Positions 34,361-45,740 of a stretch of DNA of 64,000 nucleotides are shown one piece after another. The DNA is from Planktothrix sp. GU0601_MAG3 (GTDB lineage: Bacteria > Cyanobacteriota > Cyanobacteriia > Cyanobacteriales > Microcoleaceae). Below the pieces are notes generated by a model. That model searched no databases. It was given only the letters and a program-made list of their open reading frames with translations, and was not told the origin of the DNA. The position numbers were made by a program, and so were the translations under genes. The stretch covers positions 4,724,578-4,788,577 of the forward strand of contig CP136572.1 of the NCBI GenBank assembly GCA_035193785.1, read 5' to 3'. Numbering within the stretch: position 1 is the stretch's first letter; the number at the start of each line of letters is the position of its first letter.

Positions 34361-34464
34361 AAATTTTGATAGGTAATGGGGAATTACGAATAATTACGAA
34401 TTACGAATTACGAATTACGAATGGGTAATAGGTAGCGGGAAAAATATAAGTTTGATCTGTAAAA

Positions 34465-34653
34465 TCTTTAACTGATAACTGGTACGGGCGGGTTCTTTTA
34501 GATGTTTGTTAATCGCCTAAATCTCGATTAACCCGCCCCTACAACTGATAACTACTGATAACTCTTTAACTGATAACTGGTACGGGCGGGTTCTTTTAGA
34601 TGTTTGTTAATCGCCTAAATCTCGATTAACCCGCCCCTACAACTGATAACTGA
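34465..34653. repeat. Tandem 98-bp duplication of a REP-like palindromic element
   Basis: GGGCGGGTT...AACCCGCCCCTAC unit twice, embedded in ACTGATA heptamers; GAATTAC array at 34381-34422. Confidence 0.85.
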
Positions 34654-34661
34654 TGACTAAT

Positions 34662-35387
34662 TTATTGATAATTAACAATGCGGGCAAAACCTTCGGGTTG
34701 TAAACTAGCCCCTCCAACTAAAGCCCCATCAATTTCTGGCTGTGCCATAATTTCATCAATATTATCAGGTTTGACAGAGCCACCATATTGAATGGTTACA
34801 TTAGAATTGACTAATTTACTACGAATTAAACCAATTACCCGATTCGCTTCAGTAGTTTCACAAGTATCCCCAGTTCCTATTGCCCAAATTGGCTCATAAG
34901 CAACCACTAAATTATTTTGATCAACCCCAATTAAATCCTTTTCCAACTGAGAGAAAATCACTCTTTCGGTATCTCCAGCATCCCGTTGTTGTTTGGTTTC
35001 TCCCACACATAAAATGGGGGTTAAACCATGACGTTGAGCCGCTCTAAGTCGCAAATTCACCGTTTCATCAGTTTCGCCAAAATATTGACGTCGTTCACTG
35101 TGACCGACAATAACATAACGGATACCAAATTCTAGTAACATCGGGCCAGAAATTTCTCCCGTGTAGGCTCCAGAATCTTCCCAATGTATGTTTTGAGCAC
35201 CGGGGAGAATTCGACTCCCGTGTAAACTTTTGGACATGACCCCCAAGGTGGTAAAGGGTACACACAGCACCACTTCCCGGTCTTCTGGAGTATCATCTAA
35301 ATGATTAGTAAACCCTTGCAGAAACTCTTGAGCTTCCGATTGGGTTTTAAACATTTTCCAATTACCTGCAATAATTACTTTTCTCAC
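34662..35387 (-). CDS. tpiA: Triosephosphate isomerase
   Basis: [40 protein letters not shown]. Confidence 0.97.
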   Translation of the reverse strand: MRKVIIAGNWKMFKTQSEAQEFLQGFTNHLDDTPEDREVVLCVPFTTLGVMSKSLHGSRILPGAQNIHWEDSGAYTGEISGPMLLEFGIRYVIVGHSERRQYFGETDETVNLRLRAAQRHGLTPILCVGETKQQRDAGDTERVIFSQLEKDLIGVDQNNLVVAYEPIWAIGTGDTCETTEANRVIGLIRSKLVNSNVTIQYGGSVKPDNIDEIMAQPEIDGALVGGASLQPEGFARIVNYQ

Positions 35388-35576
35388 CGTTAATGCAATT
35401 AACCTTAAAAAACAATAAAATCCCACCCCTTAGTTTAAAGCGTTAAGAGACATTTTAATAGTCAGAGGTTGGGGAGGTTGGGGGAGCAGGGGAGGCAGGG
35501 GAGGCAGGGGGAGCAGGGGGCGCAGGGGGAGTAAGGGGAGCAGGGGGAGGGGGGAAATTAAGTTCTGAGGGATGGG

Positions 35577-35762
35577 TTATTGGCCAAATTCTGAGCGGGC
35601 TTGTTCCACCATTTCCGGGGTTACAATTCCTTGTTCCGCGTCTCTGGCTAGTTGTTCAATACGTTGTCTAGCCTGAGTCCGAACAAAATAAGGGATATTT
35701 TTTAGTTTGACCTTGGCTTCGGGAAGCCACTGAAGTTCATCGAAATAATCAGTATTAGCCAT
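35577..35762 (-). CDS. PCP-reductase (ChlB C-terminal-like) small protein
   Basis: [30 protein letters not shown]. Confidence 0.8.
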   Translation of the reverse strand: MANTDYFDELQWLPEAKVKLKNIPYFVRTQARQRIEQLARDAEQGIVTPEMVEQARSEFGQ

Positions 35763-35920
35763 AAACTTAACCGTTACTTTGGGAGCATATAGCAATCATT
35801 GTAGGGGTTGGGTATCCAAACCCTCTTGACACCTAGCATTGAAAGCTAAAACCCTACAGGTTGTTGTCACAAATCCCCCACGGATTGCTATAGCTTTATT
35901 TTACCTAAAGTTGAACCGCC

Positions 35921-36811
35921 TTAAAGCATTTTCAGGAATTGACGAATTACCCCAATGGTGACGGCGGGAAGTTCCAAATGGGGTGTTAATCCCACATTAT
36001 CTATTTTTTGAAAAACCTTAACCGCCGTTGGATTTAAGTTAGCTAAACGTTCACCCGTTTCGGGACTGGTAAAGGATGATTTCTCACCCCAAATAATACC
36101 CGTAGGTGTGCTCAGTTGACTGATATATAACGATAAATCAAAACACAAATCTCCCCCCACAAAAGACAAAGCTGCGTATTCAGCATTGGGTTGTTGAGCC
36201 GATTTTAAATAAGCCTCCACAATTTCGGGATAAATTCGATCAGGTTGGGCAAATTGCCGATTGTATAAAAAACCGTAAATCCCAGCAGGATTAGCAATTC
36301 CGGTAAAATACAAAACTCGATCTAAGAAAGGTGTTTTCACCATTTGGCTTAATAAACTTTGCCCATAATTTTCACCAAAATCTGATAATCCCGAGGGAGT
36401 TACTAAAATAAGTGATTTAAACAAATCGGGACGTTGAACCGCGACCCGAACGGTAAAAGCCGCGGTTAGGGAGGAGGCAATTACTATGGCGGGAGTTGAA
36501 CAAGTTTGTTCTAAAAATTCGGTAATTGTGGTTAGATAATCCTCTATATTATAGTTTTTTGCTGGATGTTCTGAACGTCCCCAACCAATTAAATCCGGGG
36601 CTAAAATTTGATATTCATCCACAAAAGCTGGATAAACTTTTGACCATTCATAAGCAGAAGAACCCCCACCAAATCCATGTAAAAATACCATTGGGGGTAA
36701 TTCGGCAGAACTTTCATTAATATTCCAAGGAGAACTCTCCGCCGTGTAATATACTATTCTGCCTAAAGACGTAACAATTGAACGCTGACCAAATCCATTG
36801 GGTTCAAACAT
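35921..36811 (-). CDS. Alpha/beta-fold hydrolase-like protein
   Basis: FLHGFGGGSSAYEW, APDLIGWGRS, ASSL at the nucleophile position, PHLE. Confidence 0.85.
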   Translation of the reverse strand: MFEPNGFGQRSIVTSLGRIVYYTAESSPWNINESSAELPPMVFLHGFGGGSSAYEWSKVYPAFVDEYQILAPDLIGWGRSEHPAKNYNIEDYLTTITEFLEQTCSTPAIVIASSLTAAFTVRVAVQRPDLFKSLILVTPSGLSDFGENYGQSLLSQMVKTPFLDRVLYFTGIANPAGIYGFLYNRQFAQPDRIYPEIVEAYLKSAQQPNAEYAALSFVGGDLCFDLSLYISQLSTPTGIIWGEKSSFTSPETGERLANLNPTAVKVFQKIDNVGLTPHLELPAVTIGVIRQFLKML

Positions 36812-36857
36812 TTTTAACCTCTTAAAAAACAACAAGAAATAGGGAATGGGGAATGGG

Positions 36858-37112
36858 GAATTACGAATTACGAATTACGAATTACGAATTACGAATTACG
36901 AATTACGAATTGGTAATGGGGAATATAAATAGTTTACCTCCTCCACTCCTCCACTCCTCCACTCCCCCCTGCTCCCCCTGCTCCCCCTGCTCCCCCTGCT
37001 CCCCCTGCTCCCCCTGCTCCCCCAACTCCTCCACTCCCCCCTGCTCCCCCTGCTCCCCCAACTCCTCCACTCCCCCCTGCTCCCCAATCCCCCCAATCCC
37101 CCAATCCCCCAA
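36858..37112. repeat. GAATTAC and CCCCCTGCT/CCCCAAT tandem repeats
   Basis: Same composite as 7666-7995; a related array on the opposite strand at ~35470-35555. Confidence 0.92.
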
Positions 37113-37320
37113 TCCTTCCCGATTCCCCTTCAGAACCTTTGAAGGATTTTGTTAATCCTAAACCAGTGTTTGCAAATCGTCTCCACTTGTTTATAATAGG
37201 GGGTGATACCCCTCATGGGTTAAGCCCATCTTTTTTTGGACATCCTCCCAAAAGATAGTAGTTTGACACCAGAATGGTCGAATCACCCCTGTCGTATCAC
37301 TAATTTGGCTTTGGGTCACT

Positions 37321-37911
37321 ATGAAAAACCTTATGATAGACGAAGACTTTCCGGCGGTTGATTTAATTCAGCCCTCAGAGTTAAAAAATTCTATTAATTC
37401 TGAGTTCAATTCTACTGAAATCACGGTTTATCCTCAACGGGAAGAACGTGATTTAGAGCAAGAATTTTCCGTAAAAACTGCAACAAAAATTCGGTTAGCC
37501 TTAGAAGAATTATATTGTTTTGAAGTAATTAAAAATCAGTTTCAATCTTGGGGAATTACTTTTAAAAATGCGATCGCTCTCCAACCGTCCAATCCCGCTT
37601 TTGTGATTAAACCCACAACGACTGTAATCATGGGTGCGCCCAAAGGGGGGCACTTAGAAATTAACTTTAAATATCCCGTTCAGAACGTCTGTGCAATGAT
37701 TACCAGTTCTAGCGGAACGATTTTATCCGCCTATGATACCGAGGGCAAAAAAGTAGCAGAAACGGGAATGATCGTTTCCCATCATATTAGTTCCGATGCC
37801 CTTAATTTTCCCCACGCTCAATTAAAAGTTAGGGGTTTAAATATTCAAAAAGTAACCTTTGAAACCTTTGATGGTCAATTAATTTTACATCACTTTAAAG
37901 TTGAATTTTAA
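37321..37911 (+). CDS. Conserved-looking cyanobacterial hypothetical protein
   Basis: 196-aa ORF, WGITFKNAIALQPSNPAF. Confidence 0.7.
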   Translation: MKNLMIDEDFPAVDLIQPSELKNSINSEFNSTEITVYPQREERDLEQEFSVKTATKIRLALEELYCFEVIKNQFQSWGITFKNAIALQPSNPAFVIKPTTTVIMGAPKGGHLEINFKYPVQNVCAMITSSSGTILSAYDTEGKKVAETGMIVSHHISSDALNFPHAQLKVRGLNIQKVTFETFDGQLILHHFKVEF

Positions 37912-37921
37912 AGTTGAATTT

Positions 37922-38801
37922 CTAAGAATAATTTTTGTAATCCTGTTGCAGAATTTGTAACCCTTCTAATAAAGCGTCACGGACAAGGGGTTCATTTTCT
38001 TGATATAACATCAATTGAAAATACTCAACAATATGGGTCTGATCAATTTCTTGAAAGAACTCTATGGGCGGTAAAGGTTGCCAACGTTGAGCTTCTAATA
38101 GTAACTGTGGATTTCCCGAATATTGGGGAAAATTTTTAAAAGCCGTGGTGATTTGACGCACAGCAATCAAGCGTTTTAGGCAATTCTCTTGGGTTAAATC
38201 TCCTAACCATTGGTTAATTTGAGATTTCCCTAAATTAAATTTTTGTTGATACCATTGCCAGATAATAAAAATCAAAATTCCCAAAATACCTAAATTCTGA
38301 CCAATCAGACTTAAAGCCATTTCTGGACTCTGGGAGCTTGTCCAAATCGATAGAGAAATATACAGGAATATACAGGAACTTACCCCACTTCCAAGGGCTA
38401 ATAAAAATTGACGTTGAGACCTTTCTAGTCTTCGATACCAGTCCCATTGGTTGAGGTTAACTGGAAGTTCCCAGTGACGGTAAACCCAACTCATCACCAC
38501 CACACCAAAAGCGGTTGAAAATAAAAGTTTGCTATTCCACCAACCCCAAATTCCGCCTAGAATTAGGAAAAATAACCAACTTCTTAAACGTTGATACCGA
38601 CGGTGGCTCGATCTTTTTCTGGGTTGAAACCCGGCGAAAATATGGAAATAGGGATGTAGCCAGGAAAGATTTAGAAGCATTGACTTTTGCACCCCTGGAA
38701 TATAATAGTGTTTGAACTTGATGCCGGAGTTGCTGAGTCCCGATTGATAGGCTAATCCGAATTAGCTCAAGATGATCAAGGGTTTTACTGAGTTTATCCA
38801 T
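37922..38801 (-). CDS. Hypothetical membrane protein (+1 at GTTC ~38626; start uncertain)
   Basis: About four TM segments and a LKRLIAVRQ...VRDALLEGLQ HEAT-like tail; two ORFs join when one T is removed. Confidence 0.65.
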
Positions 38802-39020
38802 TCTGACGATCCCAAGTTAAGTCTTGTGTTTTGTGATCTCAAGTTTGAGCTAAAATTAAAATGGCATTATGGATAGTTTATGGCATTTTGTCACATTAGC
38901 TAATATTGATCCAAGATAAACTCATATATCTATCGGTTACGATTAAGTTTTCTAGCCAAAACTTAATTATAATCAACCTCACCCACTCAACTGCCTAACT
39001 CCAACTAGCAATTAACACCT

Positions 39021-39906
39021 ATGTCTAATTTACAAAACCAATTTACGGTTCACTTTTGGGGAGTCAGAGGAAGCATCGCTTGTCCGGGGTCGGAAACGGT
39101 GCGCTACGGGGGAAATACTCCCTGTGTTGAAATGCGAGTGGGTTCCGAACGGTTGATTTTTGATGGGGGGACGGGTTTACGAGTCCTCGGACAATCTTTG
39201 CTGGCTCAAATGCCTGTAACTGGGCATTTATTTTTTAGTCATTATCATTGGGATCATATCCAGGGATTTCCGTTTTTTGTTCCCGCTTTTATTAAAATTA
39301 ATACTTTTTATATTTATGGTACGATTGCCCCCGATGGTTCAACGGTACAGCATCGTTTGAATGATCAAATGCTCCATCCTAATTTTCCGGTTCCTTTACA
39401 AATTATGGGAGCGGACTTAAAGTTTGTTGATATTAATGTGGGTAAGTCGATTGAAATTAGCGATGAAGTTGTGGTAGAAACTGCCCTATTAAACCATCCT
39501 GGAGAAGCAGTTGGCTATCGAGTCAATTGGCGAAATTATGCCGCAGCCTATGTCAGTGATACGGAACATTTCCCCGATCGCCTAGACGAAAATGTGTTAT
39601 TTTTAGCTCGGAATGCGGATGTTTTAATTTACGATGCTACCTATACAAATGAAGAATATCATTCTGAAAAAACCAGTAAAGTCGGATGGGGCCATTCAAC
39701 TTGGCAAGAAGCTGTCAAAATAGCCAAAGCAGCCAAGGTGAAACGGTTAGTGATTTTCCATCACGACCCCCTGCACAATGATGATTTTATGGACAAAACG
39801 GGGGAAACAGGTGGCTGAACAGTTTCCGAATAGTTTAATCGCCCGGGAAGGATTATCGATTCAGTTAAGTTCTCCTTCCAATTCCATTCCGCCTCTGTCC
39901 CATTAA
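39021..39906 (+). CDS. MBL-fold metallo-hydrolase (+1 at GAAC ~39804)
   Basis: FWGVRGSI, YGGNTPC, SHYHWDHIQG, GWGHS, FHHDP. Confidence 0.9.
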
Positions 39907-39984
39907 GTCTAACTCTCGGGTTGATTTCACAAAATTTTCTGATATGGTACTCTCAGATTTCCAAATTATGTGAAAATGTGAAGC

Positions 39985-41046
39985 GTGTGGATAACATCAT
40001 CGCTCGATACTATATTAACGCCGACTGCCGTTGCTTTGGGTAACTTTGATGGCTTACATCGGGGTCACCAACAGGTGATCCAACCGATTTTAAATGGACA
40101 GCCACAAATTGATTCTCGACAACGGACAGAGATGCTTTTAACTAACCCCGTCGCCCAGTTGACGCGGGATAGATTTCCGTTGGATAGTAATTTAGGAGAA
40201 TCGGAACTCGGTTATAGTACCGTTGTCACCTTTGATCCCCATCCTCAAGAATTTTTTACAGGTAAACCCAAAAAGTTACTAACTCCCCTAGATGAAAAAG
40301 TGGAATGGTTAAAAAGAATGGGGGTAAAACAGTTGGTTTTGTTGCCTTTTGATCAACAAATGGCGGCTTTATCTCCAGTGGAATTTGTAGAAAAGGTTTT
40401 AATTCAAAAATTGCAACCCCATTATATTAGTGTGGGAGTTGATTTTCATTTTGGAAAGAAACGGGCAGGAACTGTTAAGGATTTAGAAAAAATTGCCAAC
40501 AATTACGGAGTTAAGGTAAAAACTGTTCCCTTATATTTATGTGAAAATGGCGAACGGATTAGCAGTTCAGAAATTCGCGCCTCCTTAGAACAAGGTGCGA
40601 TTATTCGAGCGAATCAATTATTAGGAAGATCCTATCATGTAGTGGGTTCGGTGGTTCAGGGTCAACAGTTAGGACGAACTATCGGATTTCCCACCGCTAA
40701 TTTACAATTACCCCCGGAAAAATTCTTACCTCGCTATGGGGTTTATGCGGTAAAAGTATCGGAAATGGGGATGAAATCACTCACAAAAACCGGAAGTGAT
40801 GCTAATTTTGGGTTAGTGAATCATCCGGGGGTGATGAATATTGGCTGTCGTCCAACGGTCGCGGGTGAAAAGGTCACTGTAGAGGTTCATTTATTAAATT
40901 GGTCGGGGGATTTATATGGTAAAACCTTAAGTGTTAGCCTAGAAGAATTCCTGCGCCCGGAACAGAAATTTGCCTCTTTAGATGCCCTCAAAACTCAAAT
41001 TAAGGCGGATTGTTTACAAGCCAAGGAGATACTATACCCAACGTAG
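39985..41046 (+). CDS. ribF: Bifunctional riboflavin kinase/FAD synthetase
   Basis: ALGNFDGLHRGH, ISSSEIR, GRTIGFPTAN, LRPEQKF. Confidence 0.95.
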   Translation: MWITSSLDTILTPTAVALGNFDGLHRGHQQVIQPILNGQPQIDSRQRTEMLLTNPVAQLTRDRFPLDSNLGESELGYSTVVTFDPHPQEFFTGKPKKLLTPLDEKVEWLKRMGVKQLVLLPFDQQMAALSPVEFVEKVLIQKLQPHYISVGVDFHFGKKRAGTVKDLEKIANNYGVKVKTVPLYLCENGERISSSEIRASLEQGAIIRANQLLGRSYHVVGSVVQGQQLGRTIGFPTANLQLPPEKFLPRYGVYAVKVSEMGMKSLTKTGSDANFGLVNHPGVMNIGCRPTVAGEKVTVEVHLLNWSGDLYGKTLSVSLEEFLRPEQKFASLDALKTQIKADCLQAKEILYPT

Positions 41047-41146
41047 AGACGAGCCACGGCGCGTCTCTCTATCTCTCTCTATCTCTTTCGCCAATGATTA
41101 TACTTGACACAATTGCATTTTGTCTTACTATCAATAAAAACATCCC

Positions 41147-42055
41147 ATGAAACAACGAATTGAACTGCTAAAACAAAATTTAAGCCGAACAATTGTAGGC
41201 AAAGAAGATGCCATTCGCTTAACGTTGGTAGCTTTATTAGCCGGGGGTCATGCACTACTAGAAGATGTTCCGGGTGTTGGTAAAACCTTACTCGCAAAAT
41301 CCTTAGCCCGTTCGATAGCCGGACAGTTTCATCGGATACAATGTACACCGGATTTATTACCCACAGATATCACCGGAACTAATATTTGGAATCCCCGAAC
41401 TGGGGAATTTGAATTTTTACCCGGGCCGATTTTTACTAATATTTTATTAACGGATGAAATTAACCGGGCGACGCCTCGAACCCAGTCCGCTTTATTAGAA
41501 GTAATGGAAGAAAGACAAGTTACCGTTGATGGAGTTTCTAGGTTAGTTCCCAAACCTTTTTTTGTCATCGCAACTCAAAACCCCATTGAATATCAAGGAA
41601 CATTTCCCTTACCTGAAGCGCAAATGGATAGATTTTTATTATCCCTAACTTTAGGATATCCCAGCGAAGCGGAAGAATTGCAAATGTTACAACGGTTATC
41701 GGATGGAATAACAATAGATGATTTAGAACCTTGTATTTCTCAGGATGAGGTATTAGAAATTCAAAATTGGTGTCGTCAAATTAAGATTGAAACCTCATTA
41801 CAACAATATATTCTGAATTTAGTTAGAGCCACCAGAGAATCAGACGAAATCACATTAGGGGTAAGTCCTCGCGGTGCAATTTCCTTACATCGAGCCACCC
41901 AAGCCTTAGCCTTTTTATCAGGTAGAGATTATGGCACACCGGATGACGTCAAATACCTAGCGCCCCATGTCTTATCCCATCGTTTAATTCCGGCGGGCGG
42001 AAGGCGGGCAAAAACAATTGTTGAACAATTATTAAGGACAATTGCCATACCCTAG
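41147..42055 (+). CDS. MoxR-family AAA+ ATPase
   Basis: EDVPGVGKT, RIQCTPDLLP, DEINRA, ATQNP, LPEAQMDRF. Confidence 0.93.
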   Translation: MKQRIELLKQNLSRTIVGKEDAIRLTLVALLAGGHALLEDVPGVGKTLLAKSLARSIAGQFHRIQCTPDLLPTDITGTNIWNPRTGEFEFLPGPIFTNILLTDEINRATPRTQSALLEVMEERQVTVDGVSRLVPKPFFVIATQNPIEYQGTFPLPEAQMDRFLLSLTLGYPSEAEELQMLQRLSDGITIDDLEPCISQDEVLEIQNWCRQIKIETSLQQYILNLVRATRESDEITLGVSPRGAISLHRATQALAFLSGRDYGTPDDVKYLAPHVLSHRLIPAGGRRAKTIVEQLLRTIAIP

Positions 42056-42101
42056 TAGTGAGCCCTTCAGGGCTCTCTAAGATGCGCTTAATCGCAACAA
42101 C
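42055..42101 (+). repeat. 47-bp REP-doublet, left island boundary
   Basis: GTAGTGAGCCCTTCAGGGCTC...GCGCTTAATCGCAACAAC; 44/47 identical to 45745-45791. Confidence 0.85.
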
Positions 42102-42279
42102 ATATCGCCATGGGATTATTGATATCAATCCAGAATTATAGCAACCGCTTTGAAGTTTAGGACATACAATTTCGGAAGTTTTATTCAAAAGTTTTCCGTA
42201 TATCGTTCCGATCAGGTATGTTATGGGGAAAGTTTCCGTATAATGTATAGTTAGCCATCCGCCAACGCTTTGGGAATCC

Positions 42280-43123
42280 ATGACTGTTAAATTGGCAACC
42301 GAGTTTCGCACATGGCAAATAGATCTTGAAGCCGTCCTCGAGAATCATTGGTCTGCCAAGATGCGATTCTTTTTGTCGTCACCCGAAAGAAGACAAGAGA
42401 CACTGTTTGATCTTTACTTTCCGAATGGGTTAAGACCACCGTTGCTTGAGAACGTTGAGTCGAATGCGATCGATTGTGACGAATTGTTCATGGATATTTC
42501 CATTGTTGTGAATTCTATTAGAGCCTCGTATTTGGCACCGGCTATGCAGTTTCAATCAATATGTTGAATGGCTAGCTATCGATCTCGAATGGGATGAGAA
42601 AAAATGGACGCTTGATGAAGACGCCCCAAGGCCGTCCAATGTGCTTCGACAAGTTTCCGCCCAAGTATACGCCCACGCGACATTACTTTCGATTAAGTCC
42701 GGGCTTGATCGACTCGTCCGAGTCTTATCTTTTTACTATGCTGGCATTGCGGGGCATACAACTTGGGGGCACTATCGTGACAATGCTAAACCGACCGGGT
42801 TTATGGCTATTGTGCTGCGTGGCAAGGATAACGATTCATTACTGGCTGAGATAGATGCAGCCTATCAACAGTGGATTCGTTTAGCCGTCGCTCCTCGTGA
42901 TGCATTAATGCATTACCAGGATTCAAAATCTTGCTGGCATTTTCTTCCTGAAGAATCAGCAGAGATTCAGACACATTGGATCAGTGATGGCAAGGGAAAT
43001 GAATACGGTTTCGGAATAGCAACAATAGGAGAGTATGTCCGAGAATTCTACCAACTTGCAGACCGGACGTTGCTCTTGCTGTCAACTCGACTCCCATGTC
43101 AATTGGAGCGCCGCTCCAAATGA
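42280..43123 (+). CDS. Cassette-borne hypothetical protein with HEPN-like Rx4H motif (+1 at GTTC ~42549)
   Basis: Two ORFs join into ~280 aa; KSGLDRL and RDALMH; codon usage and GC unlike host genes. Confidence 0.6.
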
Positions 43124-43131
43124 TCGATGAT

Positions 43132-43218
43132 GACTAACAAGCCCAGTGCAGCGGACTATTGAAAGCTGCTGGTGCTGAGTTTGAGATTACTAACAACTGC
43201 TGACCGCAACCGTTATCT
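43132..43218 (+). other. attC-like integron recombination site
   Basis: GACTAAC (R'') .. TGCAGCGG (L'') .. CTGCTGA (L') .. GTTATCT (R'), starting 9 nt after a stop codon. Confidence 0.65.
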
Positions 43219-43315
43219 CCCATCCTAAACTACACTAACTCAATGGAGTTGCAAGTTCATCCTTGAGAAAATCAATAAAGTATTTTAACTTGGCAGGTAA
43301 AATCTTCCTCTTGAA

Positions 43316-44599
43316 CAGGACTTACGCAAGCACACTATATATAGCGTGTCAAAAGTAGGCGATCGCATACCAATGATAATAGCAATCGCCTGATTATTTA
43401 TTTAAAAACAAACCTAAAACAATCAAACAAGTTCCATTTTTATCGAAGGAAAATTCAGTTCTTTGATTAGATAATTTGACAGAGATTCAGCTTTTAACTG
43501 ATAGACTGTTTTCTTCGTCAGATGAGCTAATCTTTTCAATTGATTCCAAACTAAAATGGCACAAGCAATATGATTTCTTTGAATACTAGCTTTACGACAC
43601 TGGCAAGATTCAATCCCGGTTAATGGCTTAATTTCTCGGTGAAACTCCTCTATTTTCCAGCGAATAGCACAGGTTTTTTTCGCATCTGATGTAGATGCTT
43701 GAGTTAAGTCATTAGTTGCTACATATTCCGTTCTGTTGGTAGAAACAATAACCCGAAATAGCTTGACTTTATGAGATTTAGGGAAATTTTTGATTTTGAT
43801 TAACTTCCCTGAATTTTCTTCAGTATTAGACCAGTTTAACTTTTCAATTGATTGGTATTTTTCTTTTCCTCCTGTGTCATCTACTAAACGATTCTTTTTC
43901 AATGGGCAATAATAAATTTTTCCTAATTCATCAATCATTGCCATTAGTTTTTGTGACCCATACCAGCTATCCATAAGGACTTTTGTGAAGGGGAGTTGTT
44001 TTTCTGTTACCAGATTATTCAACATATCAGCTACATGATCTAGTTTGGTTTTATCATCATGCTCTGGCTCATATATGCGATAATCGCTTCCCCCAAAATA
44101 AACCGAGTTCTGGATTAACATAAACACAGTTAACTAACCCAATACCTGACAGTACACGATGTTCTGTTCCGCTATATTGACGACGGACTAATTCAATCTT
44201 TTCTCCAAACCTTTTATCCAATACTGTATCATCAAAAATGATCGCACTATTTTCACTGATTTGGATATCTTTTTTGACATTTTGCCACAAAGATTCCGAA
44301 GTAAAATTTTCTTTGGTTAAGTAACGGTTTATGGTATCATGGCTAACGTTTTCTAAGTGGTTGGCTAAGTTATTTAGAGTATAATTGTTTGGGCTGCTCA
44401 ATAGATATTGGCAGTAATCTAATTGGCTAAACGACATATTTTTTATCCCAAGTTAACTTAATCAGTTTAGCATAAATATTGACTAATAAATATCTGTCAA
44501 TTAGTATAATTTTTGTGTCTAAATTTTATATTGCTGGCGCAAATACTTGAACAATTGGCAGCACCTCACACTATATATAGTGTCCTTGCGTAAGTCCTG
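43316..44599 (-). mobile_element. IS701-family insertion sequence; transposase 43423-44437 frameshifted
   Basis: 15-bp TIR CAGGACTTACGCAAG/CTTGCGTAAGTCCTG; DYCQYLLSS, IIFDDTVLDK, LMDSWY, RWKIEEFHRE (DDE); no matching TSD. Confidence 0.88.
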
Positions 44600-44682
44600 T
44601 CGATGCTCCTTTGCCGGAAGATCAGCGAGAGTGCGTTCGAGGGTAAATGAAGATTCTGCTAGATACTCACATCTTTTTATGA
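44600..44682 (+). pseudogene. Antitoxin 3' end plus truncated PIN/VapC toxin start
   Basis: DAPLPED...ATGA overlap, then MKILLDTHIFL*; 53/55 identical to 45690-45744. Confidence 0.7.
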
Positions 44683-44781
44683 AAATAGCCTATGCTGATT
44701 GGGAAGCCGGAATGTGTTCTTCTTCTGTCTCAGTTAGGTAGCTACTTTGACCGCAGCATAACATAGTCTTTGAGGTGAATA

Positions 44782-45024
44782 ATGAATGCACAACTGATGA
44801 TTCAACCCTCCTCTTTTATTGATGCTGGAATTCAAATCAAGCCAGTTCGAGGATTGTTCTTATTCAAATTTAGCGAAGATCTGCAAGAGCGACTGGAGAG
44901 TCTGAACGAGAAACAGCGAGAGTCGCAGTTGACACGCGATGAAGCAGTAGAGTTGACTGGAATTTTGGAACTCGACCGAATTTTCACGCTGCTCAATGCA
45001 AAAATTATTGCTGAGTCTATGTAG
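44782..45024 (+). CDS. Small protein, putative antitoxin partner of the HNH gene
   Basis: 80 aa, LQERLESLNEK...ELDRIFTLLNAK; ends 2 nt before the HNH gene. Confidence 0.65.
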   Translation: MNAQLMIQPSSFIDAGIQIKPVRGLFLFKFSEDLQERLESLNEKQRESQLTRDEAVELTGILELDRIFTLLNAKIIAESM

Positions 45025-45026
45025 GT

Positions 45027-45477
45027 ATGGCGATTTCAAAAAAGATTCGGCAACAAGTTCGAGAACGGGCTAAGTATTTGTGTGAATACTGTCACTCTTC
45101 CGAAGAAGCTAGTGCAGCCCGGTTTGAAATTGATCACATCCAGCCGCGATCGCGTGGAGGAGCAAATACATTTGAAAATTTGGCTTTGGCTTGTCAGCGA
45201 TGTAATAGCTACCGTTACAACTTCACAGAAGGAAACTGACCCAGAATCTCAAGTTTCTACTCATTTGTTTAACCCACGACTGGATCAGTGGAATGAGCAT
45301 TTTGTTTGGGAGAAGGGCGGTCTGGTGATCCGAGGCAAGACTTCAATTGGACGTGCAACGTGTGATCGCTTAGATTTGAACGACCAAGAGCATAATGAGG
45401 GGGCAATTGTTAAAGCACGTCGTCTTTGGATTCATGGCGGTTGGCATCCACCATCCGATGATGCTATTGAATCTTAA
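45027..45477 (+). CDS. HNH endonuclease (+1 at GAAC ~45232)
   Basis: CEYC, EIDHIQPRSRGG, NLALACQRCN, LFNPR..W.EHF, GRAT. Confidence 0.88.
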
Positions 45478-45502
45478 CTCAGATAGAAGGGCGGTTGCAT
45501 CG

Positions 45503-45740
45503 GTGTTGAACGTCACTGTTGATGAAATACAACGCGATCCCTTGAAATATCTGCGCCAAGTAGAGGCAGGTGAAACTCTTGTGATTGTTAGATCTGATCA
45601 GGCGATCGCTGAGATTAGACCTATTATTAGTAGTAAGCAGTTACGACCATTTGGTTTGTGTGCAGGCGAGTTTACCGTCCCAAATGATTTCGATGCTCCT
45701 TTGCCGGAAGATCAGCGAGAGTGCATTCGAGGGCAAATGA
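45503..45740 (+). CDS. Phd/YefM-type antitoxin; cognate vapC cut off after 8 nt
   Basis: YLRQVEAGETLVI...AEIRP, RPFGLCAGEFTVPNDFDAPLP; possible genuine +1 near the C-terminus. Confidence 0.75.

Noticed and set aside
41147..42055. MoxR as part of a MoxR-vWA defence system with the adjacent island
   Set aside because: No vWA partner is visible; it has host-like codon usage and lies outside the REP boundary.
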